55,535 nt of DNA from a virus (lineage: Duplodnaviria > Caudoviricetes): IMG/VR virus record IMGVR_UViG_3300030677_000007, positions 1 through 55,535 of that record; one strand, 5' to 3'. The translations under genes were made by a program, and so were the position numbers. Positions 54,691 to 55,535 of the stretch are shown here, piece by piece. Numbering within the stretch: the stretch's first letter is position 1; the number at the start of each line of letters is the position of its first letter. Under the pieces are notes generated by a model. It ran no database searches and was not told where the DNA came from. It worked only from the letters and a program-made list of their open reading frames with translations.

Positions 54691-55220
54691 TTCACAGACG
54701 GTACCTCCGCCAGGAAGTCCCGGGCTGGGATCGCGAAGTGCAGCGCGGCATCCCGGATCTGGCAGCCCCGCAGCACCTCGGCTGGCTTGTCACTCAGCGT
54801 CATTCCGAGGGAGCGGTCACCATCGAACTGGAAGACCCCGATGGTGCGGGAATCGAACAGCCAGAAGTCGAACTCTGGCAATCCGCAGCGAAGTGCTTCA
54901 GCGCGGAGCAGGTATCGGATGTCCTCACCTGCGTCGATGCTGTCGGTGACATCAGCGAGCAGGAACCTCTGGTAGTCGGTCAGTGGTTCGTCCGCAAGGC
55001 GCACCCGGCCCACGGTCTTCCCCTGCAAGGCGAGGTGCCGCATAAGCACCAGCCACGGTCGGCCTGGGTCGGACACGTCCTCGCCGCGTAGGAATGCCCG
55101 GAGCGCTTCGCTCTCGGCCGCGACGCCGTAGGCGCGCCGTGTCTCCCATCGCCATGCTGTGTGCTGGAATCCGTCGCGGAAGAACTCCGTGATGGCCGGG
55201 CCGCTGATGAGGTCGGCCAC
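54687..55220 (-). CDS. DUF6879-like protein
   Basis: AWRWE.R..Y, RVR...P.TDYQ, AGEDIRY, DFWLFD. Confidence 0.85.
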   Translation of the reverse strand: MADLISGPAITEFFRDGFQHTAWRWETRRAYGVAAESEALRAFLRGEDVSDPGRPWLVLMRHLALQGKTVGRVRLADEPLTDYQRFLLADVTDSIDAGEDIRYLLRAEALRCGLPEFDFWLFDSRTIGVFQFDGDRSLGMTLSDKPAEVLRGCQIRDAALHFAIPARDFLAEVPSVK

Positions 55221-55225
55221 GCCGC

Positions 55226-55432
55226 CTACTCCTTGGGCGCGAAGCGCACCAGCAGGGACTTCGGGATGACGACGAAGGTCTCCCCGGCACGCACGTCCTT
55301 GAGCTGCGCCAGCGCCTCGGGGTCGTCGAGGATGTCACCCTGGACAACCATCCGCTCGGTGTCGTCCTCGATCTCGTACAGGGTCGGGCAGTCGCCATCC
55401 TTGGACGTGGTGCCGACGAACTTGAGCCTCAT
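55226..55432 (-). CDS. Small conserved partner of the DUF6879/DUF5753 pair
   Basis: GAAAGGTGAT RBS; F.G..S..G.CPTLY...VVQG...GE..V.IP. Confidence 0.8.
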   Translation of the reverse strand: MRLKFVGTTSKDGDCPTLYEIEDDTERMVVQGDILDDPEALAQLKDVRAGETFVVIPKSLLVRFAPKE

Positions 55433-55535
55433 GGTGATCACCTTTCGCTCCTCCCGGCCGATTACCGGGCTGCTGCGCACGGTAGCGCCGGGGCGCCGAG
55501 ATACAGAAGACCGCCCCCCCCCGGCACATCGCCAG
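55393..55535. repeat. Terminal direct repeat, right copy
   Basis: Matches 1-143 with two mismatches in the last 20 nt. Confidence 0.95.

Overview
The window is an apparently complete, circular ~55.4 kb temperate siphovirus-type phage genome of a high-GC actinomycete, probably Streptomycetaceae (inferred from gene content). Bases 1-143 are repeated at 55393-55535. Minus strand 26471->174 is the late module: terS, terL, portal, Mu-F-like minor head protein, protease/scaffold, major capsid, connectors, major tail, G/GT chaperone with a -1 frameshift, tape measure, tail proteins, GH25 lysin and holins, and a fibre carrying a CE4 deacetylase. Minus strand 47432->27148 is the early module: Cro/Xis, Sak4-like ATPase, RepA-type initiator with iterons, many small ORFs, a spread(spd)-like membrane operon and tRNAs. 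Repressor and tyrosine integrase are on the plus strand, followed by an intact attP that carries the 3' end of a proline dehydrogenase gene. The best candidate for an undescribed system is a secreted pro-peptide with a duplicated DSIWT motif (50610-50816), divergent from a TrmB/PLD-like + LuxR-HTH regulator (51003-52013) next to attP; this may be a peptide communication switch. Other highlights are an ATPase-less TraB/spd-like module with clt-like 8-bp repeats and a very basic NUMOD3-repeat protein in the head-tail region. Family assignments come from recognising motifs by eye; no searches were run. Many starts were moved from the ORF track using RBS and overlap evidence.
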